NCBI GenBank assembly: GCA_002321895.1
Contig: DCMZ01000002.1
Location: forward strand, 1-64,000
Reading direction: 5' to 3'
Source: Bdellovibrionaceae bacterium UBA1609
GTDB lineage: Bacteria > Bdellovibrionota > Bdellovibrionia > Bdellovibrionales > UBA1609
DNA length: 64,000 nucleotides
Below, piece after piece: positions 45,643 through 56,098 of this stretch. The notes beneath the pieces were generated by a model. The model made no database searches. It saw nothing but the letters and a program-made list of their open reading frames with translations, and was not told the DNA's origin. The translations under genes were made by a program, and so were the position numbers. Each line of letters begins with the position of its first letter. Position 1 is the stretch's first letter.

Positions 45643-46671
45643 TTGAGTTTAAATCTGGATTCAACCTTTAAATCCTCAATACCTGATCGTTTAGAAGAGC
45701 TCAAATCCACCAAAGTAGTGATTGTTGGTGATGTGGGATTAGATGAATATATTCAGGGGGACGTTCGGAAAATCAGTCCGGAAGCTCCTGTTCCTGTGGT
45801 TGAGGTGAATTCTGAGTCAGCTAAGCTGGGACTGAGCTGTAATGTGGCAGCTAATGTCGTCAGTTTGGGCGGCCAGGTGGAACTCATTGGCGTTGTAGGT
45901 ATGGATAGAGCTCGGGAGCAAGTTTCACAGCTGCTCGAGGACAGTGGAGTCAGCTCCAAATCTTTGATTGTGGATGAATCTCGGCCGACCACTCGAAAGA
46001 CCCGGATTATGGCAGAGCATCAACAGGTGGTTCGGGTGGATCACGAACACAAACGGTTTGTGGATACAAAGATCGAAGATCAAATTTTGCAGCAGTTGGA
46101 ATCTCAGTTGGAAAGCTGTCGCGGCGTTATCCTAGAGGATTATGCGAAGGGTGTTCTCAGTGAAAGAGTATGCCAACAGGTCATTCAAATGGCTCGGCAG
46201 AAACAAGTTCCCGTACTGGTGGATCCTTATAAATCATCTCCCATTCACTTTTATAGAGGAGCTTCGTTACTCACCCCGAATAGAGACGAAGCCATTTTCC
46301 TGTCCGGTATTCTCTTGGATGAAATGCATCACAAGGAAGATTTCATTGAGAAGGTGGGTCGCAGCTTAATGGAGCAAATTCAATCTGAAAATATGGTGAT
46401 CACAGAAGGGAAAAGGGGAATGTGTTTATTTGATAAAGACAGTACCTTACAGCTTCCCACTTTTGCTCGTGACGTGTTCGATGTGACTGGAGCCGGAGAT
46501 ACAGTGATTGCAGCTGTGGCTTTGGGGTGGTGTTCGGGTTGGACTCTGCCAGAGGCCTGTATGATGGCGAATTTTGCCGCTGGCTATGTGGTCAGTCAAC
46601 TCGGCTGTGTCACTTGTTCACCTGAGAATTTGAAGGCCGAAATTCTAGCTCATGGGTCCACCGCTGTATAA
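45643..46671 (+). CDS. D-glycero-beta-D-manno-heptose-7-phosphate kinase (RfaE/HldE domain I only; PfkB family)
   Basis: VVIVGDVGLDEYIQGDVRKISPEAPVPVVEV N-terminus and the PfkB signature DVTGAGDTVIAAVALG. No adenylyltransferase domain is attached. Confidence 0.7.
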   Translation: MSLNLDSTFKSSIPDRLEELKSTKVVIVGDVGLDEYIQGDVRKISPEAPVPVVEVNSESAKLGLSCNVAANVVSLGGQVELIGVVGMDRAREQVSQLLEDSGVSSKSLIVDESRPTTRKTRIMAEHQQVVRVDHEHKRFVDTKIEDQILQQLESQLESCRGVILEDYAKGVLSERVCQQVIQMARQKQVPVLVDPYKSSPIHFYRGASLLTPNRDEAIFLSGILLDEMHHKEDFIEKVGRSLMEQIQSENMVITEGKRGMCLFDKDSTLQLPTFARDVFDVTGAGDTVIAAVALGWCSGWTLPEACMMANFAAGYVVSQLGCVTCSPENLKAEILAHGSTAV

Positions 46672-46781
46672 AGGTGTCAAAATAGGTCTCTAAGCCTGGG
46701 TAAGTATTTTATTTCTTTCCAAATGGGTGATTTTTTCCCACCAAGAGATGCAAAATATGCTAGTTTCCGGGCTTTTAGGAG

Positions 46782-47843
46782 ATGATGAGATTGGGAACTG
46801 TAAATTTTTACGATTTTAACATGAGTGCGCTGGAGCAGTTTTTTGTAACTCGTGGTGAAAAGAAGTTCAGAGCTCAGCAGATGTTTCAGTGGGTGTATGC
46901 CCGAGGTATCACTGACCCAGAGCAAATGACCAATCTCTCCAAGGCCTTTAGGGCGGAAATTCCTCAACTATTTTCATTTGATCTGCCGCAAACCATTAAG
47001 CACCTCAGCAGTGTGGATGGGACTCAGAAGTTTCTCTTTGATATGGGAGACAACATGTCCGTAGAGTCGGTGCTGATTCCTTCGGGGGACCGAAATACTC
47101 TCTGTGTGTCTTCGGAAGTGGGATGTAATTTGGCCTGTAAGTTTTGTTTCACAGGCAAGCAGAAGTTGTTAAAGCGACTTTCTGTTTCACAGATTATGGG
47201 TCAGTTTCTACAAGTGAAACAGGCTTGTCCTGATCAGCCGATAACCAACATCGTTTTTATGGGTATGGGGGAGCCGTTGGATAACCCTGAGGCCGTATTT
47301 GCAAGTATTGAGATTCTAAACAACACCTGGGGGCTCAATCTTTCGCGCAAGAAAATCACGGTTTCAACGTCTGGTCTTGTAGACAAAATCCCATTAGTTT
47401 CCAAGTCGGGAGCTCGGTTGGCTGTGAGTCTTAATGGGTCTAATGATCGGGTGCGCTCCGATGTAATGCCCATTAATAAAAAATGGAATATCAAAGCTCT
47501 GCTGGATGCTTGTTTGGAGCACTACAGAGCCACGAATGATAAAATCACCTTCGAGTATGTATTGCTCGCCGGAGTGACGGATTCCTTGGATCATGCACGA
47601 GAGCTGTACCATTTGACTAAAAATGTGCCATGTAAGCTCAATATCATCCCATTTAATGAGCATCCTGATTCTGGATATCAGCGCCCTAAGGATTCTGCTA
47701 TTGACAGGTTTCAACATGAGTTGATTCGTTTGGGAGCTCATGTTCTAAGAAGAAAGACCATGGGAAGAGATATATTCGCCGCTTGCGGGCAACTCAACTC
47801 GACGGCAAACAAACATCCACAATTAGAAACCTTATCTCAATAA
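46782..47843 (+). CDS. rlmN: Dual-specificity RNA methyltransferase RlmN (23S rRNA m2A2503 / tRNA m2A37), radical SAM
   Basis: EKKFRAQQMFQWVYARGITDPEQMTNLSKAFR and the CNLACKFC cluster; GMGEPLDN. Confidence 0.9.
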   Translation: MMRLGTVNFYDFNMSALEQFFVTRGEKKFRAQQMFQWVYARGITDPEQMTNLSKAFRAEIPQLFSFDLPQTIKHLSSVDGTQKFLFDMGDNMSVESVLIPSGDRNTLCVSSEVGCNLACKFCFTGKQKLLKRLSVSQIMGQFLQVKQACPDQPITNIVFMGMGEPLDNPEAVFASIEILNNTWGLNLSRKKITVSTSGLVDKIPLVSKSGARLAVSLNGSNDRVRSDVMPINKKWNIKALLDACLEHYRATNDKITFEYVLLAGVTDSLDHARELYHLTKNVPCKLNIIPFNEHPDSGYQRPKDSAIDRFQHELIRLGAHVLRRKTMGRDIFAACGQLNSTANKHPQLETLSQ

Positions 47844-47860
47844 AATTTTTGGGGGCAAAG

Positions 47861-48769
47861 ATGTCAGAAGTTTTAGTAGTAGGTAGTGTTGGTTACGACA
47901 CTATATCAACACCAGTGGGTCAACGAGAACATATTCTCGGTGGCTCTGCCAATTATTTTTCACTCGCGGCTTCACACTACAGTAAAGTGAATGTAGTGGG
48001 AGTGGTTGGTGATGACTACGAAGAAGATCATAAAAAAATTCTTACCGACCGAAAGGTGGATCTGTCTGGGTTGCAACAAATCCCAGGGAAAACTTTTTGT
48101 TGGGAAGGAAAGTATGAGAATGACATGAATGAGGCCATTACTTTGGACACTCAACTGAATGTTTTCGAAAATTTTGATCCCAAAATACCAGAGGCTTATA
48201 AGAAGTCCTCTTACCTATTTCTCGCCAATATCGATCCTATTTTGCAAATGCAGGTTCTTGATCAGGTGGAATCACCTAAACTTGTTGGCGTAGATACAAT
48301 GAACTTTTGGATTAGCTCTAAGCTGGATGAATTAAAGAAGGTTTTAGAGAGAGTGGACGTTCTGTTAATTAATGAAGGGGAAGCCCGCGAATTGACAGGT
48401 ATGTGGAACGGTGTCGCTGCAGCTCAGAAGCTAGCTGAAATGGGTCCAAAAGGTGTTGTGATTAAGCGTGGAGAGTACGGTTTCTTGATGTACGCTGAAA
48501 ATCAATACTTCATCTTGCCGGCCTTTCCGGTGAAAGACGTTGTCGATCCAACGGGCGCTGGTGATACTTTTGCTGGTGGATTTTTCGGATATCTTTCCAA
48601 AGTCAATGATGGGTGGAACATCAATCACCTCAAGCAAGCGTGTGTTCATGGTTGTTTGATGGCGAGTTTTACGGTGGAGTCATTTGGTGTCGATGCTCTC
48701 GTCGGATTGGATTGGGCTGAGATTGAAAAACGTCATGCTCTCTACAAGTCGGTAATTACTGGGCATTAG
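47861..48769 (+). CDS. PfkB-family carbohydrate/nucleoside kinase (ribokinase-like)
   Basis: MSEVLVVGSVGYDTI...GGSANYFS and DPTGAGDTFAGGFFGYL. Confidence 0.75.
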   Translation: MSEVLVVGSVGYDTISTPVGQREHILGGSANYFSLAASHYSKVNVVGVVGDDYEEDHKKILTDRKVDLSGLQQIPGKTFCWEGKYENDMNEAITLDTQLNVFENFDPKIPEAYKKSSYLFLANIDPILQMQVLDQVESPKLVGVDTMNFWISSKLDELKKVLERVDVLLINEGEARELTGMWNGVAAAQKLAEMGPKGVVIKRGEYGFLMYAENQYFILPAFPVKDVVDPTGAGDTFAGGFFGYLSKVNDGWNINHLKQACVHGCLMASFTVESFGVDALVGLDWAEIEKRHALYKSVITGH

Positions 48770-48796
48770 TCGGGAACACTAAGTAGATCTTTTGGC

Positions 48797-48825
48797 AAAG
48801 CAGGACTGAGGTCCTGCTTTTTTTT
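48797..48825 (+). terminator. Rho-independent terminator after the PfkB kinase gene
   Basis: gcaggac-tgag-gtcctgc tttttttt. Confidence 0.8.
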
Positions 48826-48904
48826 GGTCTTTGCACGAAAAATCTAGAAAATTCCATCACTTAAGTAAATTAAATGGATGAGGTGGCCGATTTATTAACT
48901 GGAT

Positions 48905-50113
48905 ATGAGCGCAAAAAAGAAGAAGAACAGCCTTGAAGACGAACTACTAGAAGACCTGATGGAAGATCAGGTGGATGTAGATTTGAATTCAGGCCATCCA
49001 GATGAAGTGAGTATTGGCGTGGATTTGTCAGACGATAGATCCATTTCGATATTTGATCGGAAAGTCTATACCGATTTTGATTCCGTTGTTCAGGATGGAG
49101 AGGAAGGCAATTCAGATTCTGAAGATAAAGTTTTACCGGAATACCTTGAGGGGCTAGTTGAAGAGAGTGCATCGAATATCGCACTCGAGTCTGATGACGA
49201 ACGGGTTTCCAAGGAAATCCAGGATAAAGACGATAAGACGGTGGCCTTGGACCAAAGTGATCAAGATGATGTCCGTACCGAGATGGCTAAGGCGATCGAA
49301 AAAAGAAAAAGGCTGAAAGAAGCCAGCACCACGATGCCAGTGGATAAACAAAACAAGAGTTTGTTTGGTAAAAAGCCGGATAAAGATAAAACAGCCCTAA
49401 TAGATTCTTCTGAACAGAAAGAAAAAAAGGGAGGATGGAAACTTCCAGAATTACCTAACATTAGAACAAGTGTTGGGCGAGCTCTGGGAGCTACCGAACT
49501 GGAGCCAAAATCACCCACCCAAGAGAAGTTAGCCCAAGCGGAAAACGTAAGGGTCGCTCAGGAGCGGATTTTAGAATTGGAAACCCTTGTTGAGCGTCTT
49601 CGAACTGAAAACGAAGAACTCATTGCCGCCGCTGAGATTTTGAGAAAGAGAACGGATCAGCTCATGGGTGAAAAGGAAAAGCTGGAATCGCATATAGAAG
49701 AGAATCGACACGTCTATGATGCGGAGAAGCGTCTGCACAAAGATGCAATGTCCGAGAAAAATAGAGAACTGTTTAGTCTGAAGGAAAAGATGGAGGGCAT
49801 GGAAGAGCGATTGGCAGCTAACATGCAAAAAGTGAGAGTGCGAGAGAGAGAGCTAGAGAATCGCTTAGAGTTGGTTAAGATGGAGAGCTCGGCCATAATT
49901 AGAAATAAAAATGAAATTATTTTAGATCTTAAAAGATCCATTGATCAGTTGAATATAGAATTGGAAAACTATCGAAGTAAGGGCATGGAGCTAAATCAGC
50001 AGATTAGCGGAAAAGAAGAAGTCCTTAAAAGAACAGTGAGGACGTTAAGGATTGCCTTAACGATGTTGGAAGGGGTAGAAGATACCTCTGGTAATAAACG
50101 CAAAGCGGAATAG
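48905..50113 (+). CDS. Hypothetical protein with an acidic N-terminal half and a long coiled-coil C-terminal half
   Basis: 402 aa. D/E-rich N-terminus; heptad-rich ENRHVYDAEKRLHKDAMSEKNRELFSLKEKMEGMEERL... Confidence 0.5.
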   Translation: MSAKKKKNSLEDELLEDLMEDQVDVDLNSGHPDEVSIGVDLSDDRSISIFDRKVYTDFDSVVQDGEEGNSDSEDKVLPEYLEGLVEESASNIALESDDERVSKEIQDKDDKTVALDQSDQDDVRTEMAKAIEKRKRLKEASTTMPVDKQNKSLFGKKPDKDKTALIDSSEQKEKKGGWKLPELPNIRTSVGRALGATELEPKSPTQEKLAQAENVRVAQERILELETLVERLRTENEELIAAAEILRKRTDQLMGEKEKLESHIEENRHVYDAEKRLHKDAMSEKNRELFSLKEKMEGMEERLAANMQKVRVRERELENRLELVKMESSAIIRNKNEIILDLKRSIDQLNIELENYRSKGMELNQQISGKEEVLKRTVRTLRIALTMLEGVEDTSGNKRKAE

Positions 50114-50121
50114 AAACTTCA

Positions 50122-51204
50122 ATGAAAAAACTCAAGCTTGTTGTGAGTGACCTACATCTTGGCACGGGCAGAATCGACGAAGATTCTCGTATTAATACCC
50201 TCGAAGAATTCTATTTTGATGAAAAGTTTGTGGAGTTTCTTCACTATTATTCTACAGGGCAGTTTGAGACAGCTGATGTTGAACTCATCTTGAATGGAGA
50301 CATTCTAAACCTCCTTCAGGTGGACTATGATGGGTTCTATCTAACGGTGATTACTGAGCAGGTCAGTTTAAATAAGACCAAACGAATCGTAGAGGGCCAT
50401 CCTCGGTTTTTTAAAGCCCTCAAAGACTTTTTATCAAAGCCAAATAAATCGATCACCTATGTCGTGGGAAATCATGATCAAGGGGTGTTGTGGCCTGCCG
50501 TTCGCGAATATTTAAATGACTTTTTAGGTGCTAATATTCGGTTTAAAAATATAGTTTATTATTTCGATGGAGTGCATATCGAGCATGGACATATGCATGA
50601 AGCGGCCAATCGATTGAATCCCAAGAAGTTTTTTATTAAAAAAAATGTGCCGGAGCCAATACTCAATCTGCCATTTGGCTCGCATTTTTTTCTCGAATTT
50701 GTAATGCGAGTGAAGCAGGTTTATCCTCATATCGATAAGGTGCGCCCTTTTTATAAAATGATTCGCTGGACAGTTTTGAATGAGTTTCGGTTTGCCATGC
50801 GAACGTTTTGGCGTCTATTTAACTATTTTTTAAAATCTATTTTCAAAACAGATCCGCGTTTTGACTGGCCCTTCAAGAGACTTGTGCAGGTGATTTTGGA
50901 GAGTGCGGTTTTTCCGGACCTGACGGAGTCGGCTCGAAAGATTTTGAATGATGCTAGGGTTCATACCGTTATTTTTGGGCACACTCATGTTTATAACTAT
51001 CGTCAATTTGGAAATCGTGCTGAGTATTTTAATACCGGGACATGGACAGATATCACTTCATTAGATATTTCAACTCTTGGAAAAATCACTAAACTCACGT
51101 ATGTTCTCATTGAATATCCAGATCAGGAAGGGACACAGCCACAAGGGTTCCTGAAAGAATGGCATGGGTATCATAGAATTGAACAGGACGTGATGATCGT
51201 ATGA
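50122..51204 (+). CDS. Metallophosphoesterase (calcineurin-like), cytoplasmic, translationally coupled to pgi
   Basis: VSDLHLG, NGDILN, VVGNHDQ, EHGHMHE, IFGHTHV. ATGA overlap with pgi. Confidence 0.7.
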   Translation: MKKLKLVVSDLHLGTGRIDEDSRINTLEEFYFDEKFVEFLHYYSTGQFETADVELILNGDILNLLQVDYDGFYLTVITEQVSLNKTKRIVEGHPRFFKALKDFLSKPNKSITYVVGNHDQGVLWPAVREYLNDFLGANIRFKNIVYYFDGVHIEHGHMHEAANRLNPKKFFIKKNVPEPILNLPFGSHFFLEFVMRVKQVYPHIDKVRPFYKMIRWTVLNEFRFAMRTFWRLFNYFLKSIFKTDPRFDWPFKRLVQVILESAVFPDLTESARKILNDARVHTVIFGHTHVYNYRQFGNRAEYFNTGTWTDITSLDISTLGKITKLTYVLIEYPDQEGTQPQGFLKEWHGYHRIEQDVMIV

Positions 51205-52421
51205 TTAGTTTAAAATCTCCCGCATATGAACAAGAAATCGATAGACAGAAAATCCTAGGCCATTTACAGAATGTGCTTACGAGAAGTGATATTGGCTTCA
51301 AAGATGTGACCCACCGCGAAGATATCTGGAAGGCCTCTCAAGCGAGAGCGGACCAAGTGAAGGGTGATCTTACTGATTTAGCTTTGGTTGGAATTGGTGG
51401 AAGTCATCTGGGCGTGGAAGCGATTCACAATGCCCTTCATTTTGGCGACTTGCAGGTCACTTTCTTCGATAATTTAGATCCGATATATTTTAAGCGTAAA
51501 TGGAGTGGTTTAAACTCCATAGAAAACACTCATTGGGTGATCACTTCCAAGAGTGGGACGACTCTTGAAACTCTGGCTCTGGCTAATTTTATAGAGCAGT
51601 CTCTCAAGGCAGAAGGGCTTGATCTCGCTTCAAGATGTACTGTGATTACAGAATTTAAGTCGAATCCACTGTACACCTGGGCCAAAGCCGCAGGAGTGGA
51701 GGTTCTAGAATTATCTGAAGATATTGGCGGGCGGTTTTCTGTTTTAACTCCGGTTGGGGTTTTGCCCGCAGCCATTATGAATTTAGATATTGAGGGCCTT
51801 CGAAAAGGAGCGACATGGGCGCTGGCCAATGAAGATTTTGTCTGTGATTTGGCCATTCAATTTTTACATTCTCTGAAAGATGAAAAGTTTATTTCGATGA
51901 TGTGGATTTACAGCGATCAGCTGAATACTTTTGGCGAGTGGTGGCAGCAGCTATGGGCGGAATCTTTGAGCAAAAAAGTAAGTTTGTCCGGCGAACCAGG
52001 ACCTACAGTCTCAACACCAATAGCTTGTCGGGGGGCTAATGATCAGCATTCATTGCTTCAACAGGTCATAGAAGGTCAACGCGATAAGTTGGTGGGTTTT
52101 TTAACCGTTGTTGCAAATAATGATTACGGTGAAGCTATGCAGGGTGATTTATTTGGAGTCCAAAGTTTTTGCCTTGGAAAGAAGATGGGGCAAATCCTTA
52201 AAGCGGAAGCGGACGCCAATATGCAGGCCATGCGAAGTGGGGGTATACCAGCCTTCCATCTAGAGGTGGAAAAAGTGGATGAATCCGCCTTGGGTGCACT
52301 GTTTATGTCTTTTGAACTTTTGGTGGCTACCTTAGGTGAGGTCTTTCAAATTAATACCTTTGACCAACCTGGGGTGGAACAAGGCAAGGTCCTGACAAAA
52401 CAACTTTTGCAGCCCTCCTAA
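51201..52421 (+). CDS. pgi: Glucose-6-phosphate isomerase
   Basis: LVGIGGSHLGVEAIHNAL, WVITSKSGTTLETL, GGRFSVLTPVGVLPAA. Confidence 0.9.
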   Translation: MISLKSPAYEQEIDRQKILGHLQNVLTRSDIGFKDVTHREDIWKASQARADQVKGDLTDLALVGIGGSHLGVEAIHNALHFGDLQVTFFDNLDPIYFKRKWSGLNSIENTHWVITSKSGTTLETLALANFIEQSLKAEGLDLASRCTVITEFKSNPLYTWAKAAGVEVLELSEDIGGRFSVLTPVGVLPAAIMNLDIEGLRKGATWALANEDFVCDLAIQFLHSLKDEKFISMMWIYSDQLNTFGEWWQQLWAESLSKKVSLSGEPGPTVSTPIACRGANDQHSLLQQVIEGQRDKLVGFLTVVANNDYGEAMQGDLFGVQSFCLGKKMGQILKAEADANMQAMRSGGIPAFHLEVEKVDESALGALFMSFELLVATLGEVFQINTFDQPGVEQGKVLTKQLLQPS

Positions 52422-52483
52422 CGGCAGAGTCATTTTGGGAATTGGGTTGTATAGGAGCCCCGATTCTATTAAAATTTTCTATT

Positions 52484-53407
52484 ATGAGCATGGATGACGA
52501 AGACACCTTAGACAAAACCAGTGTGATGACAAGTGACACTTTTCGAGTGCGTTTAGCTCAGGCTGGGCAAAGTCCGCCGTGCTTGGTTTTGTTAGTGGGA
52601 CCCGCTAATCAGGTGGGTAGACAGTGGCCTCTCGAGGATACGGATAGAGTGATTGGGCGTGCTCATGAAGCTCATGTTTGTATCGAAGATAAGAGTGTTT
52701 CAAAAGCTCATGCTAAGCTTCAGATGGTTGGTGGGGATGTCTCAATCATGGACTTAGAGTCCACCAATAATACGGTTGTAAACGGAGAAATGTTGAATCC
52801 GTTAAGACCTTTAGTTCTTAAGAATAACGATCAGATTAAATTAGGAAATGTGATTTTAAAGTTCCTTGAAGAGGGCAATATTGAGACCGTTTCTGTGGCT
52901 CAAACATTTGACCGAGGTCAGATGGATGCGCTGACTGAAATCTACAATAAAGGGGCTTTGATGGCGCGAGCTCCGGAGTCTTTCAACAAGTCCAGTTTGT
53001 TGGGAGTGCCTTATTGTATTATCACATTTGATATTGATCACTTTAAGCAGGTGAACGATACCCATGGGCATGCTGCCGGAGATTATATTCTGCAAGAGCT
53101 AGCGAATGTGGTTAAGAGCAAATTGATTCGGGAGAATGACTTTTTTGCCAGATCAGGTGGAGAAGAGTTTACTTTATTGTTACTAGGGACTCCTTTTGAG
53201 CGAGCCCAAGAAATCTCTGAGCGATTAAGAGAAACCATAGAGTCTCACGACTTTATTTTTGAAGCCGTTCAGATTCCGATAACCATTTCCGTTGGTGTTT
53301 CCAGTAAGCGTGATGACGATTCGGGTTGGGAAACCATTTTTGATCGTGCGGATAAAGCACTTTATAAATCCAAAGAGGGTGGCCGAAATCGTGTCACTGC
53401 CGATTAA
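52484..53407 (+). CDS. FHA-domain diguanylate cyclase (GGDEF with GGEEF active-site variant), DgcB-like architecture
   Basis: N-terminal FHA (VIGRAHEAHVCIEDKSVSKAHAKLQMVGGDVSIMDLESTNNTVVNGE) and C-terminal GGDEF (ITFDIDHFKQVNDTHGHAAGD...RSGGEEF). ATG start chosen; the ORF track starts at a TTG at 52442. Confidence 0.8.
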   Translation: MSMDDEDTLDKTSVMTSDTFRVRLAQAGQSPPCLVLLVGPANQVGRQWPLEDTDRVIGRAHEAHVCIEDKSVSKAHAKLQMVGGDVSIMDLESTNNTVVNGEMLNPLRPLVLKNNDQIKLGNVILKFLEEGNIETVSVAQTFDRGQMDALTEIYNKGALMARAPESFNKSSLLGVPYCIITFDIDHFKQVNDTHGHAAGDYILQELANVVKSKLIRENDFFARSGGEEFTLLLLGTPFERAQEISERLRETIESHDFIFEAVQIPITISVGVSSKRDDDSGWETIFDRADKALYKSKEGGRNRVTAD

Positions 53408-53732
53408 ACGTTTAAGATGACACGGTGTCGCTTTGACATCTTTAGTACCTTTTTGTCCACCAAAATGTCACTGGGCAAAGGTACTGTATAAAATTCCTGT
53501 AAATCTCCTGTACATCATTTGCTTTGTATTTCTAGATACTTAGTTTCAATGGGCGAGTTTTTTCATCATCCATAAATCTTATTGAATGTGGCTCAGCAAG
53601 TTGGCCCCTATATTGCTCAATAAGTAAGCGAGAGGAGGAGGGATCGTTCCACCTTATAAGTATAATAAAGATCCTTTCTAGCATCCGAGATTGAACAGCC
53701 CAAGTTAACTGTCCAAAACAAAGGGGGTTCTG

Positions 53733-54383
53733 ATGCAGTCAATAGTAGATAAAGTAAACCTTACGGACGTCACTAGCGGTACATCCGACTATAAATCCTT
53801 CGACGATGATGTCCTCGTAGACGGAGTTCGTAATGGGAATTCCGAATACTACGCTGAGTTGGTAAGTCGTCATAGAAAGGCGCTCGTTAGATTCGTCGTG
53901 CGCATCACAAAAGATTCACAATTGGCCGAAGATGTTGTGCAGGATGCACTTATAAAAGCCTATACCAAGATTCATATGTTTCGAGGGCAATCCACATTCA
54001 AAAGTTGGCTTTACAGAATAACTGTAAATACAGCGAAGAATAAACTACGTAAGCGCAAGCGTGAAACTGTAGATGTGGATAACGTGCAAATGACTACGGA
54101 ATCCACCAGTGAAAATGATCTCTTTATGGAGGATTTGAGAAGTCATATTTCGACTCTTGTAGAAGACCTTCCTCAAAAGCAAAGACTTGCATTGATTTTG
54201 AGAATCTTCGAAGACTTGAGTTTTAAAGAGATCGCAAAAATTATGGACTGTCCTTACGATACGGCCAAAGCCAATTACCGTCATGCTGTAATTAAATTGA
54301 AGGGTCGTTTGCAGAAATCTAATTTCATTATCGGCTGGCGAGAAGTGGACGAAACTCGCCAATCCGACCTCATCGTAGGGTAA
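53733..54383 (+). CDS. ECF (sigma-70 family, group IV) sigma factor
   Basis: Region 2 (LVRFVVRITKDSQLAEDVVQDALIKAYTKIHMF...FKSWLYRITVNTA) and region 4 (LPQKQRLALILRIFEDLSFKEIAKIMDCPYDTAKANYRHAVIKLK). Confidence 0.85.
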   Translation: MQSIVDKVNLTDVTSGTSDYKSFDDDVLVDGVRNGNSEYYAELVSRHRKALVRFVVRITKDSQLAEDVVQDALIKAYTKIHMFRGQSTFKSWLYRITVNTAKNKLRKRKRETVDVDNVQMTTESTSENDLFMEDLRSHISTLVEDLPQKQRLALILRIFEDLSFKEIAKIMDCPYDTAKANYRHAVIKLKGRLQKSNFIIGWREVDETRQSDLIVG

Positions 54384-54434
54384 TCATTTAAAGTCAAAAC
54401 GGAAGATAGTTACAAGACAGCAGCAACGATAAGT

Positions 54435-55475
54435 TCAATTTACAAACTGTTTCAATGTTTTTTCAGGATCGTCTACATCTTCGAGAGTTTTTGCAAACTC
54501 GATGAGTTTTTCAAAATCGCTGCCTAATTTAATATAGGCCTTTTCAAAATCAGATAGATCATAAACATAGGTTTTTAGCGAAAGCAGTTTGGCGTTATTG
54601 AGAGGCTCATCTAAAAAGCGTTTATACTTAATAATTCTAGTTTTAACTAATACATCTGTTTTTAGGCGATTTTTAATTTCAAGAAGTCGGTCTTCCTTCA
54701 TCTTTTTATCGATACGACCTTTATGGGATTCGTACCACTTTTTAAGATCGTCGATCTCTTTACTTAAAAAGGCAGAAAAGATTTTTTCGTCATGATTAAT
54801 GTCTTTAATGCGAGCTAAAGTTTTAGAGTTCTCGCCCTCTTTTTTCAGGTAAAAGAGTTCGGCCCCTTTGTTGCCTATGAAGGTGGCCAACCGCTCATTG
54901 AAATCCGCATGATCCTTAATAAACAAAGTGGCATGAACAGTTTCATGTATGATCACATTCACTAAGTCATAGTCAGAGTATCGAGTCATGCTGGAGAGAA
55001 TGGGGTCATCAAACCATCCCAATGTACTGTAGGCACCGGCTCCTCTGACATAAGTATCATATTCATTGGGGTCAAATGTTTTGGCCTCAACATGAGCTTC
55101 TTCGGGAGTTTTATATCCCTTGTAGGGAACGGCCCCTACAAACGGAAATTTCCAACGATAGGTTTTAAGTTCATACACGGGGGCCGCTGAAAGAACATAA
55201 GAGACATAGTCTCGTTCTAATTGAACAAACTCTTGATAGTTGTTGGTTTCTTCAAGCTTTAAAATGTCTTCGGAAAAGGCACTGGCTTCTTGTGCCAGGA
55301 GAAGTTTTGCTTTTGTCTTTTCTGGAAGGCTAGGATCTTTGAGGGCTTCGGAAATGGGGACTCGTTGATTCATCAGATGCAAATGGTTGTAAGCCGTTTT
55401 GGCAAGATAGGGCAGCTGACATGAAGCCAGCATTGTGAGTGAAAAAACAAGAAGTATCGCTTTTAGAACATCCAT
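54435..55475 (-). CDS. Putative zinc-dependent aminopeptidase-like lipoprotein (HExxH)
   Basis: Lipobox LASCQ. IIHETVHATLF HExxH motif, with a downstream E in NERLATF, in a context resembling the 'predicted aminopeptidase' lipoprotein family. Confidence 0.5.
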   Translation of the reverse strand: MDVLKAILLVFSLTMLASCQLPYLAKTAYNHLHLMNQRVPISEALKDPSLPEKTKAKLLLAQEASAFSEDILKLEETNNYQEFVQLERDYVSYVLSAAPVYELKTYRWKFPFVGAVPYKGYKTPEEAHVEAKTFDPNEYDTYVRGAGAYSTLGWFDDPILSSMTRYSDYDLVNVIIHETVHATLFIKDHADFNERLATFIGNKGAELFYLKKEGENSKTLARIKDINHDEKIFSAFLSKEIDDLKKWYESHKGRIDKKMKEDRLLEIKNRLKTDVLVKTRIIKYKRFLDEPLNNAKLLSLKTYVYDLSDFEKAYIKLGSDFEKLIEFAKTLEDVDDPEKTLKQFVN

Positions 55476-56047
55476 GAAATACCAACGCGTCCAGCATAAT
55501 CCACGGTCTCAGGATCGTCACTGTCGTCGTTGATGGGACTGGCCCAAGCATCCACTCCCATCTTCAAGGAAAAGGTTTGAGTGAATCGAATCCTCATGCC
55601 CACTCCCGCACTGGGAGCTATCCCTGATTGGCTTCCGGTTTCCGCTTCGGTGCCACCAGCAGGGTCGAGTAAAAAGACTTTGTCGATGTGGGCAGCTCCC
55701 ACTTTTACAAAAGGTTGAAAGGCGGCTTTTCTCTCAGCAAAACTTAATACAAAGTCCACTCCTATGAGTTCAAACTCAGTGGTTGCGACTGTGCTTTCCG
55801 TATCTCCGGTGAGGCGAAAGCTTTGTTTTGATTCCCCCTTGGTATAACTGAGTTCAAGCGCAGACATTTCCCAGAAATAGTAGGATATGGAACCTGTATA
55901 CGATAGAGAGTTCGTAAAATTGTTGGAGTCGATTTTTTGGTTTCTGTAATTCGTAGATAATGAGAGCTCTGTGACACCGGCCAATGAGCCATAGGAAAAC
56001 AGAGTGACAGAGAAGAAAACAAGCAGAGTTGGTAGAAAATGTCTCAT
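55463..56047 (-). CDS. Small outer-membrane beta-barrel protein (OmpA/OmpW-like)
   Basis: Signal peptide; amphipathic strands; C-terminal GRVGISWMF. Confidence 0.55.
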   Translation of the reverse strand: MRHFLPTLLVFFSVTLFSYGSLAGVTELSLSTNYRNQKIDSNNFTNSLSYTGSISYYFWEMSALELSYTKGESKQSFRLTGDTESTVATTEFELIGVDFVLSFAERKAAFQPFVKVGAAHIDKVFLLDPAGGTEAETGSQSGIAPSAGVGMRIRFTQTFSLKMGVDAWASPINDDSDDPETVDYAGRVGISWMF

Positions 56048-56098
56048 ACTTATATTATAGCGAATCCCAACTCAACTTACCTTTACTACTCTTAGAAT

